Positions 22,213-34,645 are shown, counted from the first letter of the whole stretch. The stretch: 63,221 bases of DNA, filler included, from Sandaracinaceae bacterium (GCA_947483975.1; 5 parts of 5 records of this genome joined end to end with filler, not necessarily neighbours in it); one strand, 5' to 3'. Translations and numbers: made by a program. Notes: generated by a model not told the origin, from the letters alone.

Positions 22213-23573
22213 CGTCCGTCTCCCGTGGGGGCCTGTTCGCTGCCTGGCGTCGGTGTGCTGGTCGGGGCGGCGGCTGGAGGCAACGCGCCAGTGTTGCTGT
22301 TGTCCGCGTTGCGCGGAGCCCACTCGATCGTCGCGATGTTCCAGCACGCGTCCTTCGTGGACCAAATCATCGAGATTTCGTCCGGCACACCCGTCAACCC
22401 GTCGCCGATGGCGTTCCAGCGCAGCTTGGCGCGGGCGTGGTCGCGTCGGATGAGGTCGCGTCCGCCGTGTCCCACGATCTGGAGGCTGCGAACTGTGTAG
22501 TCCGACGTGCCGAACGCGGACATGAGGAGACGTTGCGCCAGGCGCACTCCGTTGAGTTCGACGAAGACGTCGTGGCCCGTCACGAAGTCCTCCCGAGTCT
22601 TGTTCGTGATCTCGGCGCGCTCCGCGGGCGTCAGTTGCTGCAGCCCGAGACGCTCCGCGAGCGTCGATGGATCGTTCTCGATCGCGTCTGAAGTTACCAA
22701 CATCGCTCTGTCTTCTGGAGCGAGCGCAGCGAAACCCTGCTCGCGCACGTAGCGTCGGTGGCTCTGAAGGTCGACGGCTCCGCGCTCGGACCACGGCAGT
22801 TGCCGAAACGCTCGTTCGCCCTCCCGCGTGACCCGATCGCGCAAGCGGGAGACGGCGCGTAGGCCCTCGTCGACGCGCCTCTGGGCAAGGTCCGCGAGGG
22901 CCGGGTCAGCCGCGACGGTCGGGTCAGTCACGTCGCGGTCACCGAGCAGCGTCTGGTCCTCCGCGGTGAGAGCGACATTGCCGAGCTGTCGAATCAGCGC
23001 GACGGCCGAGGGCTCGGCCAAGAGCGCGGCGCAACCGCCCACGCCACTTGCCTCCGTCACCTGGGGTAGCCCGTGCTCGCAGACCCAGTCGTTGTGGCTC
23101 TGCCGGTTCACCCAGCGCTGCTGATCGGATGTGAGCCGGGCGAACGCGATGGCTCCGCCGCTCTCGAGCGCGTTCGCGATTCGGTTGAGCTCTACCCGAC
23201 CAGCTTGAGCGGCTCGGTCATAGATCTCGATCACACGGCGGTAGTCGGCGTCGCCGAGCTCCGCGACGAGGGTGTTGATCCAGGCGCGCGCCCCGATCTT
23301 TTGCTCGCTCCGCAGCTTCGCCACATCGCCCTGGGACATCGCCGCCGCCCACTGGCGAATCGTCGTCGTGGGGTGTGAGTAGGGGAGATAGCCCAACGCA
23401 GCCAGTAGGAGGCCGAACAACAGCGACGCGCTGCCTGTCCAGAGGGCGGGGCGACGCCAGAGCGGCGGCGCGGCCCGAGGGGGCGCCGTGATGGAGGCGG
23501 CTGCCGACGCTGACTCCGGTAGCGGGCCCGGCCCTGCACGCAAAGCATCATCCCAAGATTCTTCGGACATCAT
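22209..23573 (-). CDS. Hypothetical single-pass membrane protein with internal helical repeats
   Basis: AGGAAGG RBS; one TM; duplicated GxxAFxxL...QSHxx(W/Y)VxExG segment. Confidence 0.7.
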   Translation of the reverse strand: MMSEESWDDALRAGPGPLPESASAAASITAPPRAAPPLWRRPALWTGSASLLFGLLLAALGYLPYSHPTTTIRQWAAAMSQGDVAKLRSEQKIGARAWINTLVAELGDADYRRVIEIYDRAAQAGRVELNRIANALESGGAIAFARLTSDQQRWVNRQSHNDWVCEHGLPQVTEASGVGGCAALLAEPSAVALIRQLGNVALTAEDQTLLGDRDVTDPTVAADPALADLAQRRVDEGLRAVSRLRDRVTREGERAFRQLPWSERGAVDLQSHRRYVREQGFAALAPEDRAMLVTSDAIENDPSTLAERLGLQQLTPAERAEITNKTREDFVTGHDVFVELNGVRLAQRLLMSAFGTSDYTVRSLQIVGHGGRDLIRRDHARAKLRWNAIGDGLTGVPDEISMIWSTKDACWNIATIEWAPRNADNSNTGALPPAAAPTSTPTPGSEQAPTGDGR

Positions 23574-23880
23574 CGAGCCTTCCTGTGTAGAGAGCGCCGA
23601 CGGCAGGCGCAGCTGGGTACAACCGTCGAGTCCGGGCGCTCGCGCTCGTCGAACACCCGAGCGGCGCGCCCCCGGGACCGCGATCCGCCTCGTCCCGCCG
23701 GTCGCGCTGGTGCAACCGCCGGTCCGCCCCATCAGAAGAACGATTCAATCACCAGCGTGAGAATAAAGCAATCACGGAAGAGCTGGGTCGGTGCGGCGCG
23801 ACGCCCGCGAGGGGAAAGCCCGACGTGCCACGCCCATCGATGCTAGCCTCGGGCCCGCGTTCTTCCAGGAAAGGCATTGC

Positions 23881-25278
23881 GTGCAGCCAGGTCTCGTCAT
23901 CGCTGGCAAGTACGAGCTGATTGCGCCTCTCGGTGAGGGCGGGATGGGGGTCGTTTGGCGCGCGCGTCACCTCGGGCTCGGGCGCGAGGTCGCCGTGAAG
24001 CTGATTCACGGGGAGGTGCTCGACGCCAACTCGGTCGAGCGCTTCCTCCGCGAGGCGCGCAACGCCGCCCGCGTGCGGCACCCCAACGTGCTCGATGTGA
24101 CCGATGTCGGGCAGACCGAGTACGGCGAGCCGTATCTCGTGATGGAGCTGCTCGAGGGCGAGAGCCTCGGCGCGAGGCTTTCGCGCGGGCCGATGTCGGT
24201 CGCTGAGGTCGTCAGCACCGGCGCAGGCATCCTGCGCGGGCTCGCGGCGGTGCACGAGGCGGGGCTGCTGCACCGCGACCTCAAGCCGGACAACGTGTTC
24301 CTCGCGCGCGTCGCGGGCGAGACCGTCGTCAAGCTCGTGGACTTCGGCATCTCCAAGCACGTCGAAGATCCCGCCGCGCGCACCAAGCTCACGCAGACCG
24401 GCACGATCGTCGGGACACCGCACTATATGTCGGTCGAGCAGCTCTGCGGCGCTCCGGATCTCGACGGTCGCAGCGACCTGTTCTCGGTCGGCGTCATCCT
24501 CTACGAGGCGCTCGGCCGGCAGCTTCCGCACGATGGGGATTCGCTCACCGCCGTCATCGCGGCGAAGCTCGAGCGCGAGCCGGAGGCGCTCGCCGTGCTC
24601 CGGCCGGACGTCCCCCGAGCGCTCTGCGCCGTGGTCGAGCGCGCGCTCGCCCGGCGACGCGAGGCGCGCTTCTCGACGGCCACCGAGATGCGCGACGCCT
24701 TGCTCGGCGCCAGCATGGTCGGCGCAGCGACCCTCGTCTCTCCCGCGCACGCGGGCTTTGCGCCCACCGTGCAGTCGATGCCGACGCCGATCGCCAGCGC
24801 GCGACCTGCGCCGGCTCCAAGTCGCGGACCGCAGGCACCGCCGAGGATGGTGTCCGCTGCGCCGCTCGCGCCGACTGGGGGCGGGCGTTCCGGGCCGCTG
24901 CTGCTCGGCTTCGGCTTGCTCGGGGTGCTCGGACTCGGCGCGGTCGGTGGCGGGCTGCTCTGGCTCGAGCGCGGGCGTGGGGTCGAGCCGCCGCCGTCCT
25001 CCGCGCTGCCGCTCGCGCCGCCAGTGGTCGTTCCGCCTGTCGAGCCTCCGGGCTGGACCATCGGTCCGCCGATGGACCTCGCGACGCTCGCCATGCGCTG
25101 GCGCTCGCTCGGCGCGGGGACGGCGCGCGACTCCGTGCGGTTCCTGCCAGCCGTGGGCGGAGGATATGTGCCCGCGCTGCCTGCGGAGACCGACGAAGCC
25201 AGCGCCGCCACGCTCGCCGTCGCGTTCGGTGGGGCCGTGACGCGCGGCCCGGCGCCCGCCGCGGACGCGCTCGCGCCG
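23881..25278 (+). CDS. Hanks-type Ser/Thr protein kinase, membrane-bound (3' truncated)
   Basis: LGEGGMGVVW, VAVK, HRDLKPDN, DFG, GTPHYMS, DLFSVG; Pro-rich linker and TM. Confidence 0.95.
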
Positions 25279-25378
25279 NNNNNNNNNNNNNNNNNNNNNN
25301 NNNNNNNNNNNNNNNNNNNNNNTTAATTAATTAANNNNNNNNNNNNNNNNNNNNNNNNNNNNNNNNNNNNNNNNNNNN
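25279..25378. other. Artificial contig linker
   Basis: N run + TTAATTAATTAA + N run. Confidence 0.99.
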
Positions 25379-26751
25379 GCCTCGGGCACCTCCGCGACGA
25401 ACCCCGCCCAGTCGAAGCGGCGTCGGAGCGCGCCGAGGTCCTCGTCTGCCTCGAGGAGCGCGCGCGTGAGGCCCCCGGCGGCGTTGGCTCGACGCAGCCA
25501 GCTGAGCGCGTCGTCGAGCTGCTCGGCGCGCGCGAGCGAGCACGCGACGTTGAACGCGTCGCGCCCTGACTGCGTGCGGGCGAAGAGGCGCTCGCCGAGC
25601 TTGGCTGAGGCGCGATATCCGGACTCGCCGTGTGCCTCCGAGACGAGGGCCGCGTAGACGTCGTCGGTGAGCAAGCCGTCGATCCGCGGCTCGCTCATCG
25701 CCTCGAACAGGCGGTCCCACTCGTGCGCGCGCAGCAGCGCCTCACAGAGCCGCGCCGCGACCTCCGCGCCCGGGCGGCGCGAAAACTCGCGCGCGAACGC
25801 GGCGACGGCGTTCTCGAAGTGCCCGTTCTCGAAGTCGACGATGCCGCTCAAGAGCGGATCGACCTCCGCGCCCTCGGGGTACGCGCCGAGCAGCTCCGCG
25901 GCGCGCGCGTAGTCCTGCGTCGCGACCGCCGTCCACGCGAGCAGCTCGATCGCCTGGAGCTGCACGGCGCTCGTCTTGGCCTCGCTGCGCACGCCCTCCG
26001 CGAGTACGCGCGCGGTGGGGAAGTCCCGCGCGTCGAGCGCAGCGCGCGCCTGCGCGAGGCGAGCAGTGAGCGCGCTCTCTGCGCCGGCTGCGCCCTGCCC
26101 GCGCAGGCCCATCACCGCTTGAAACACGAAGTACGCGGCCATCGCCGCGCCGAACGTCGCGTGCGCGTAGAGCGCGAGCAGGCAGACGACGCCGCCTATT
26201 CCGACCGTCACGCGCAGCGCCCAGGTGCGCCCGTTGCCCGGGCTCACGAGGTCGAAGAGCGACGCCATCACCTGCCCGCCGTCGAGCGGATAGACGGGGA
26301 TCAGGTTGAGCAAACCCCAGCCTGCGTTCACCCAGAGCACGGACGCGACGAGGTACTCGGCGTGCGTGGCGCGCGACCAGATCCCGTCGAACGACATCCC
26401 GGACCCCAGCGCGATGCCGAGCGTCCCGAGGCCGAACGCGATGCCCGCGAGCGGCCCAGCGAGCGACACGGCGAGGCGCTTCCACGGGCTCGGCGCGGTG
26501 CCCTTCGTCATCGACCACGCGGTCAGCCCGCCCATCCCGTAGAGCTCGATCGACGGCGAGAAGCCGAACGCGCGGACGACGACGGCGTGCCCGAGCTCGT
26601 GCAGGAGCACGCCGCTGAAGACGACGCCCACCCACATCGCGAGACGCTCCGGATGCCCGAGTTCCGAGAATTGCAGGAAGAGCGTCAGAAACCAGAAGCT
26701 CGGCGTGACGACGACCGGAATGCCGAAGAGCCGAAACCGCAGAGCGCCCAT
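25379..26751 (-). CDS. Site-2 protease (M50) with C-terminal TPR-like region (stop beyond contig edge)
   Basis: HELGH, SLAGP, NLIPVYPLDGG; C-terminal FNVACSLAR...EDLGALR. Confidence 0.9.
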
Positions 26752-26858
26752 CGCGTACCGTAGCAGCCCGCGCCCGCGTAGCTGCCGCAGCCCCAAAGTG
26801 ACGGACCGCACGGCGGACACCGCGACGAAGCGGCGCGGTCCAGTACCCTCGGCCGCCT

Positions 26859-28502
26859 ATGACGACGACCGCCCTCTCCTTCGAAACGCACCCGAGCCGC
26901 TATCGCCACTGGAAGCTGTCGGTGGACGGCGAGCTCGCCACGCTGACGATGGACGTCGATCCGCAAGGCGGGCTCAAGCCCGGCTACGAGCTGAAGCTCA
27001 ACTCGTACGACCTCGGCGTGGACATCGAGCTCGCGGACGCCGTGCAGCGCCTGCGCTTCGAGCACCCCGGCGTGCGCTGCGTGATCGTCGAGAGCGCGAA
27101 CGAGCGCGTGTTCTGCGCGGGCGCGAACATCCCGATGCTCGGCGGCTCGACGCACGCGTGGAAGGTCAACTTCTGCAAGTTCACCAACGAGACGCGCCTC
27201 TCGATCGAGGACGCGTCGCGGCACAGCGGGCAGAAGTACCTCGCGGCGGTCGCGGGTCCGTGCGCGGGCGGCGGCTACGAGCTCGCGCTCGCGTGCGACG
27301 AGATCATCCTCGTCGACGACGGGGCGAGCACGGTGAGCCTGCCGGAGGTGCCGCTCCTCGGCGTGCTCCCGGGCACCGGCGGGCTCACGCGCCTCGTCGA
27401 CAAGCGCAAGGTGCGCCGCGACCGCGCGGACGTGTTCTGCACGACGAGCGAGGGAGTGCGCGGCAAGCGCGCCGTCGAGTGGAAGCTCGTCGACGCCGTC
27501 GCGCCGAAGAGCAAGTTCGCCGAGGCGAAGCGGGCCCGCGCGCTCGCGCTCGCGGCGCAGTCGGCGAGCAAGGCGAAGGGGCCGGGCGTGACGCTCGAGC
27601 CGCTCTCGCCGACGTTCGACGGCGACGTCGTCCGCTATCAGTACGTCACGTTCTCGGTCGACGCGGAGAAGCGCCGCGCGAACGTCACCGTGCAAGGGCC
27701 GAAGGGCGCGCAGCCTCAGACGGCCGACGAGATCCAGGCGGCGGGCTCCGCGCAGTGGTCGCTGCGGGCGTACCGCGAGCTCGACGACGCGCTGCTGCGC
27801 CTCCGCGCGCTGCACCTGACCATCGGCCTCGTCGTGCTCGAGACGCGCGGCGATCTCGAGGCGGTGCGCAGCGTGGACGAGGCGCTCTACGCCGCCCGCG
27901 AGCACTGGCTCGCGAACGAGATCATCGCGTTTCAGGCGCGCGTGCTCCGCCGCCTCGATCTGACCTCGCGCTCGATCTTCGCGCTCGTCGACGAAGGCTC
28001 GTGCTTCGCCGGCGCGCTCTTCGAAGCGGCGCTCGCGGCGGACCGCATCTACATGCTCGCCGACGACGCCGGCAAGGTCGCCGTCCGCACCTCGGCGCTC
28101 AACGGCGGCGCGCTGCCGATGACGCACGGCCTCACGCGCCTCGAGACGCGCTTCCTCGGCGACGCGGCGCAGGTCGCGCGCGTGCTCGCGACGGAAGGCG
28201 CCATCGCGACGACCGACGCCGACGAGCTCGGGCTCGTCACGGTCGCGCCGGACGCGATCGACTGGGAGGACGACGTGCGCATCGCCCTCGAGGAGCGCGC
28301 GAGCATGTCGCCCGATGCGCTCTCCGGGATGGAGGCGAGCCTGCGCTTCGCGGGCCCGGAGACCGGAGACAGCAAGATCTTCGCGCGCCTCTCGGCCTGG
28401 CAGAACTGGATCTTCCAGCGGCCGAACGCCGTCGGTCCGCAGGGCGCGCTGACGAAGTACGGGCAGCCCGACCGCCCCGTCTTCGACTGGACGCGCTGCT
28501 GA
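26859..28502 (+). CDS. boxC: 2,3-epoxybenzoyl-CoA dihydrolase
   Basis: FETHPSRYRHW, YELKLNSYDLGVDIELADAVQRLRFEHP, KVNFCKFTNETR, WQNWIFQRPNAVG. Confidence 0.96.
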   Translation: MTTTALSFETHPSRYRHWKLSVDGELATLTMDVDPQGGLKPGYELKLNSYDLGVDIELADAVQRLRFEHPGVRCVIVESANERVFCAGANIPMLGGSTHAWKVNFCKFTNETRLSIEDASRHSGQKYLAAVAGPCAGGGYELALACDEIILVDDGASTVSLPEVPLLGVLPGTGGLTRLVDKRKVRRDRADVFCTTSEGVRGKRAVEWKLVDAVAPKSKFAEAKRARALALAAQSASKAKGPGVTLEPLSPTFDGDVVRYQYVTFSVDAEKRRANVTVQGPKGAQPQTADEIQAAGSAQWSLRAYRELDDALLRLRALHLTIGLVVLETRGDLEAVRSVDEALYAAREHWLANEIIAFQARVLRRLDLTSRSIFALVDEGSCFAGALFEAALAADRIYMLADDAGKVAVRTSALNGGALPMTHGLTRLETRFLGDAAQVARVLATEGAIATTDADELGLVTVAPDAIDWEDDVRIALEERASMSPDALSGMEASLRFAGPETGDSKIFARLSAWQNWIFQRPNAVGPQGALTKYGQPDRPVFDWTRC

Positions 28503-28657
28503 GCGCTCCCGCGCACTGGTGAGAACCGTCACTCCGCCGCCTCGTGGAGCGCCTCTTCGTGAGCGCGCACACGAGGCGATTTGGCTCGTGGCCCCTACAG
28601 TTTGACCTCCAACCATTTCGCCGCGCTCCCACCGCGCGGCTCGAAGGCTCCACGTCC

Positions 28658-30085
28658 ATGTCGCTGACTGACTCCATCCCGAACAACGTCGACCTCGCCT
28701 CCGATCCGAAGCTCCTGCGCGCGCTCGAGAAGTGGCAGCCGAGCTTTCTGCAGTGGTGGCGGGACATGGGGCCCGACGGCTTTCAGGAGGATCTCATCTG
28801 GCTGCGCACCGCCGTCAGCGTCGATCCGGACGGCTGGGCGCACTACGACTACGTGAAGATGCCCGACTATCGCTGGGGCATCTTCCTCACGCCGCAGAAG
28901 GGCGGCGGCATGATCAAGTTCGGCGATCAGCAGGGCAAGCCGACCTGGGATCAGGTGCCCGGCGAGCTGCGCGGCATCCTGCGCCGCATCATCGTCACGC
29001 AGGCGGACACGGAGCCGGCGAGCGTCGAGCAGCAGCGGATGCTCGGAAAGACCGCGCCGTCCCTCTACGATATGCGCGCGCTCTTTCAGGTGAACGTCGA
29101 AGAGGGTCGGCACCTCTGGGCGATGGTGCACTTGCTCCATCAGTACTTCGGCAAGGACGGGCGCGAAGAGGCGGAGGGGCTGCTCGAGCGGCGCTCAGGC
29201 GACAAGGACAAGCCGCGCATCCTCAGCACCTTCAACGAGAAGACCGAGGAGTGGCTCTCGTTCTTCATGTTCACGATGTTCACCGATCGTGACGGCAAGT
29301 ATCAGCTCGCCTCCCTCGCGGAGTCGGGCTTCGATCCGCTCGCGCGAGCGACGCAGTTCATGCTCACCGAAGAGGCGTTCCATCTCTTCACGGGCGAGAC
29401 GGGCGTCGACCGCGTCGTCAAGCGCTCCTGCGAGCTGACCAAGCAGGACCCGAACGGCGACGCGCGCGCGCAGGGCGGCATCGATCTGCCGACGATCCAG
29501 AAGTGGATCAACTTCTGGTTCTCGAGCGCGGTGGAGCTCTTCGGCGGCGAGATCTCGTCGAACGCCGCGGACTACTTCGCGACGGGCCTCAAGGGCCGCT
29601 ACAAGGAAGACAAGTACGCGGACCACCGCGCGCTCGAGGGCGTGTACTCGGTCGACGTGCTCGAGAACGGGAAGCTCGCCAAGCGCGAGGTCGCGCTGCG
29701 CAACGCGCTCAACGAGGTGCTCCGCGACGAGTACGTCGACGACTGCGAGCGCGCGGTACGCAAGTGGAACAAGACGATCGAGGCGGCGGGCCTCGAGTAC
29801 CGCCTCGCGCTCCCGAGCCGGCGCTTCAACCGCTCGATGGGGATGTACGCGGGCCTGCACTTCGCGCTGACCGGCGAGCCGATCACGGCGGAGGAGTTCG
29901 AGGGCAAGCGCAGCGAGTGGCTGCCGACGCCGGAGGACCGCGCGTTCGTGAAGTCGCTGATGGTGCCCGTCACCGAGCCGGGCAAGTTCGCGAACTGGAT
30001 CTCGCCGCCCGCGCAGGGCGTCAAGGGCACGCCCGTCGAGTTCGAGTACGTGAAATTCCACGGCGCAGGCGGCGACGCGGAGTGA
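28658..30085 (+). CDS. boxB: Benzoyl-CoA 2,3-epoxidase diiron subunit
   Basis: IPNNVDL, YVKMPDYRWGIFL, DTEPASVEQQR, VEEGRHLWAM, TDRDGKYQL, TEEAFH. Confidence 0.96.
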   Translation: MSLTDSIPNNVDLASDPKLLRALEKWQPSFLQWWRDMGPDGFQEDLIWLRTAVSVDPDGWAHYDYVKMPDYRWGIFLTPQKGGGMIKFGDQQGKPTWDQVPGELRGILRRIIVTQADTEPASVEQQRMLGKTAPSLYDMRALFQVNVEEGRHLWAMVHLLHQYFGKDGREEAEGLLERRSGDKDKPRILSTFNEKTEEWLSFFMFTMFTDRDGKYQLASLAESGFDPLARATQFMLTEEAFHLFTGETGVDRVVKRSCELTKQDPNGDARAQGGIDLPTIQKWINFWFSSAVELFGGEISSNAADYFATGLKGRYKEDKYADHRALEGVYSVDVLENGKLAKREVALRNALNEVLRDEYVDDCERAVRKWNKTIEAAGLEYRLALPSRRFNRSMGMYAGLHFALTGEPITAEEFEGKRSEWLPTPEDRAFVKSLMVPVTEPGKFANWISPPAQGVKGTPVEFEYVKFHGAGGDAE

Positions 30086-30159
30086 GGCTGGGCGGTCGAG
30101 CCGAGCGCGCCTGTTCGCCCGCCTCGCGCGCGTCCTGCGCCTGATAGGATGCGCGCCGC

Positions 30160-31886
<1,727 letters not shown>

Positions 31887-31890
<4 letters not shown>

Positions 31891-32162
31891 GCGACGCGCG
31901 AGACGACGACGACGAGCGCGTGCTCTCGGTGCACTACGGGCGGAGCGCGAATTGCTCGTCGATCGGGAGCGTCGTCGACGTGCTCTTCGTCAGCGGCGTC
32001 GCCGGCACGGCGGTGCTCGCGTCCCTCGCGGTGCTGCTCGGCAAGCGCGAGGCGGCTGTGAGCGCGGTCGATCGCGGCGCTGTCGACGGCGGCGCTGTCG
32101 AGAGCGGCGCTGTCGATCGCAACGCTGTCGACAGCAGCGCGCCGAGCGACGAGTCGACGTGA
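31887..32162 (+). CDS. Small membrane protein, candidate radical SAM substrate or partner
   Basis: ATGA overlap with the M14 stop and GTGA overlap with the rSAM start; [13 protein letters not shown] motif, one TM, AV(D/E)xx pentapeptide repeats. Confidence 0.7.
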
Positions 32163-33352
32163 AGCTGCTGCGCGCGCGCGCCGAGCGCTTCGGCGCCATC
32201 GTCGCGACGGAGGAGCCGCCCGCGCTGCTCTCGGTGACGCGCGGGCTCGCGCGGAGGCTCGGCGTCGAGGGCGCCGCGCTCTGGGAGGGCGCGTCGCCGG
32301 GGCTCGACGTCGCGGTGCTGAGCGGACCGACGGAGGTGCACGTCTCCGTCACCGAGCGTTGCCCCGCCGCGTGCACGGGCTGCTACGCGAACGCGACGCC
32401 CGACGGGCACGAGCCGCGCGCAGAGGACCTCCGCGCGCGCCTCGACGCGCTCGCGAAGCTCGGCGCGTTCTCGGTCGCGTTCGGCGGCGGCGAGGCGGCG
32501 CTGCGGGAGGATCTGCCTGAAATTGCAGGCTACGCGCGGTCGCTCGGGCTCGTGCCGACGGTGACGACGAGCGGGCTCGGGATGACCGCCGAGCGCGCCG
32601 AGCGCTTTCGCGTCTTCGCGCAGGTCAACGTCAGCCACGACGGCGTCGCGGACGTCTACCGTGACGTGCGCGGCTACGACGGCGCGCACCTCGCCGAGCG
32701 CGCGATCGCGCTCCTGCGCGCGGCGGGCGTGCCGGTCGGCGCCAACACGCTGCTGACGCGCGGGAGCTTCCCGCACCTCGAGGCGACGGCGGCGCACGTG
32801 GAGTCGCTCGGCTGCGTCGAGCTGCAGCTGTTGCGGCTCAAACCCTCTGGGCGCGGGCAGCTCGAGTATCTCGACAAGCGCCTCGACGAGGCGCAGGTCG
32901 CGTCCTTTGGTGGGGTGCTCGCGCGGCTCTCGACGACGCGCGCGCTGTCGGTGCGCATCGACTGCGCGCTCTTGCCGTTCCTCGCGGGCTCCGGCGAGAC
33001 GACGGCGGAGGACGTGCGCGCGTTCGGCGTGATGGGCTGCGAGGCGGGGCGCTCGCTGCTCGCGACGCGCGCCGACGGACGCGCGGCGCCGTGCAGCTTC
33101 TGGCAGAGCGAGGTGCGCGCGCAGCCGACGGCGACGGAGGGCGCGCTCGACACGGCTTGGCGCGACGACGCGACGCTCGGCGAGTTCCGCGCCTATCAGG
33201 CGGCGCTGCCCGAGCCGTGCGCGTCGTGCAGCTTTCGCGCGAGCTGCCGCGGCGGCTGTCGCATCGTCGCCGCGGCGGTCGGCGTCACGCCGTGGGCGCC
33301 GGATCCAGAGTGCCCTCGCGTCCGCTCCCACGCGCGCGGTGAGCCGCTGTAG
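32159..33352 (+). CDS. Radical SAM / SPASM domain protein
   Basis: CPAACTGC, FGGGE, GCEAG...ADGRAAPC, CASC...CRGGC. Confidence 0.92.
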   Translation: MKLLRARAERFGAIVATEEPPALLSVTRGLARRLGVEGAALWEGASPGLDVAVLSGPTEVHVSVTERCPAACTGCYANATPDGHEPRAEDLRARLDALAKLGAFSVAFGGGEAALREDLPEIAGYARSLGLVPTVTTSGLGMTAERAERFRVFAQVNVSHDGVADVYRDVRGYDGAHLAERAIALLRAAGVPVGANTLLTRGSFPHLEATAAHVESLGCVELQLLRLKPSGRGQLEYLDKRLDEAQVASFGGVLARLSTTRALSVRIDCALLPFLAGSGETTAEDVRAFGVMGCEAGRSLLATRADGRAAPCSFWQSEVRAQPTATEGALDTAWRDDATLGEFRAYQAALPEPCASCSFRASCRGGCRIVAAAVGVTPWAPDPECPRVRSHARGEPL

Positions 33353-33362
33353 GATGCAGCGC

Positions 33363-33794
33363 ATGACGACACGCTCTCTGCGCCAAGCCGCTCGCCTCGC
33401 CGTCGCTGGGCTCGCGCTGACTGCGCTCGCGCTCGCGGGCCTCGGCGGCTGTGGGGGCGCGGTGGACCATACGCAGACGCTCGCGGAGCTGCGCGCGGCG
33501 ATCGACGAGCCGGTGACGACGCCGGGCGATCGGCAGCTGCACAACGACCTCGTCGTACGCGTCGCCGAGGAGGGCGCGCTCGAGGGGTTGCGGCGCGACG
33601 AGGTGACCACGAAGATCGGGCGCGGTCGAGATTGCAGCGAGTTTCCGCTCTGCCTCGAGCGCGAGTACGACGCCGACGACTGGGTCTACGAGGTCGGCAC
33701 CGATCCGAGCGGGAGCGTCGGGCATATGCCGACGCTGCTCGTCGGCTTCGACGCGTCCGGGCGCGTCGCGCGCACGACCTACATCACGCGCTGA
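33363..33794 (+). CDS. Small lipoprotein, hypothetical
   Basis: Lipobox LGGC; WVYEVG...LLVGFDASGRV resembles SmpA/BamE-type small domains; start could be 33354. Confidence 0.7.
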   Translation: MTTRSLRQAARLAVAGLALTALALAGLGGCGGAVDHTQTLAELRAAIDEPVTTPGDRQLHNDLVVRVAEEGALEGLRRDEVTTKIGRGRDCSEFPLCLEREYDADDWVYEVGTDPSGSVGHMPTLLVGFDASGRVARTTYITR

Positions 33795-33813
33795 GCGGGT
33801 CGCTGCGCGCAGC

Positions 33814-33846
33814 AAAAAGCCCCGACTCCCTCGCGGGAATCGGGGC
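33814..33846 (-). terminator. Rho-independent terminator
   Basis: Minus strand GCCCCGATTCCC-GCGA-GGGAGTCGGGGC followed by TTTTT, just downstream of the 33869 stop. Confidence 0.85.
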
Positions 33847-33868
33847 CTCGCGCTTCACTGAATCGGAC

Positions 33869-34468
33869 TCAGGGAACGCCCGCGTCCGCGGTCAGGCAGC
33901 ACGACGTGCCGACGCCAGGGCCACACGAGTACTCCGGTGCCGGGGTGCCGCCCGCGCACGCGCCGGGAACCACCGCGACGCAGGCGCCGCCTGCCTCTGC
34001 ACAGGTCGGGACCGGACCCGCGTCCGCGGCCGGACCCGCGTCGGGGATCGTGCCGGGCATACAGCACTGCACGCCGACGCCGGGGCCACACGAGTCAGCC
34101 GTCGGAGTGCCGACGCACGCGCCGGGATAGACCGCGACGCACAGGCCACCGGCGGCCACGCAGCCAGCGGTCTCGGGGATGCAGCAGCCCGAGCCCTCGA
34201 GGCCGCAGGAGTAGATGCTCGACAGCGTTCCGCCGTCCATGCAGGAGGTCGCGGTCAGCGGCTCGCAGGTGCCGCCGGCGCCCTCGCACGAGGCGATCGG
34301 ACCCGCGTCGTCGGAGGGACCGAGATCGACGTCGGGCATGCCGAGATCGGGCTGACTGAGATCCTGCCCGCCACCGTCGACGGCGGGGGGCGGAGTCTCC
34401 TCGTCGTCGCCACAGCCGACGACCGCGAGACCAAGAGCGAGCACCAAGGCACAGGTAAGCTTTTTCAT
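33869..34468 (-). CDS. Lipoprotein with three 6-Cys beta-defensin-like repeats
   Basis: Lipobox VVGC; three C-x6-C-x7-C-x8/11-C-x6/7-CC units. Confidence 0.8.
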   Translation of the reverse strand: MKKLTCALVLALGLAVVGCGDDEETPPPAVDGGGQDLSQPDLGMPDVDLGPSDDAGPIASCEGAGGTCEPLTATSCMDGGTLSSIYSCGLEGSGCCIPETAGCVAAGGLCVAVYPGACVGTPTADSCGPGVGVQCCMPGTIPDAGPAADAGPVPTCAEAGGACVAVVPGACAGGTPAPEYSCGPGVGTSCCLTADAGVP

Positions 34469-34582
34469 GGAACGTTCTCTCCGGGAAAAGGTGTCGGCCG
34501 CGTGCCGACACCGTGTCACGAGGGCCGAGCTTAGCCCAAAGTTCGGCTTGACGCACCGCGTTGCCGGGGTACACGGTCGATC

Positions 34583-34596
34583 TGAACCGCCGTTCA
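34583..34596. promoter_or_regulatory. Palindromic candidate operator TGAAC-N4-GTTCA
   Basis: 5-bp inverted arms in the divergent intergenic region, 50 bp upstream of the acyl-CoA dehydrogenase. Confidence 0.4.
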
Positions 34597-34645
34597 TTCG
34601 TCGGGCGCTGAGGCGCTCGCTGAGCCCGTCGCGAGGAGGACCCCT

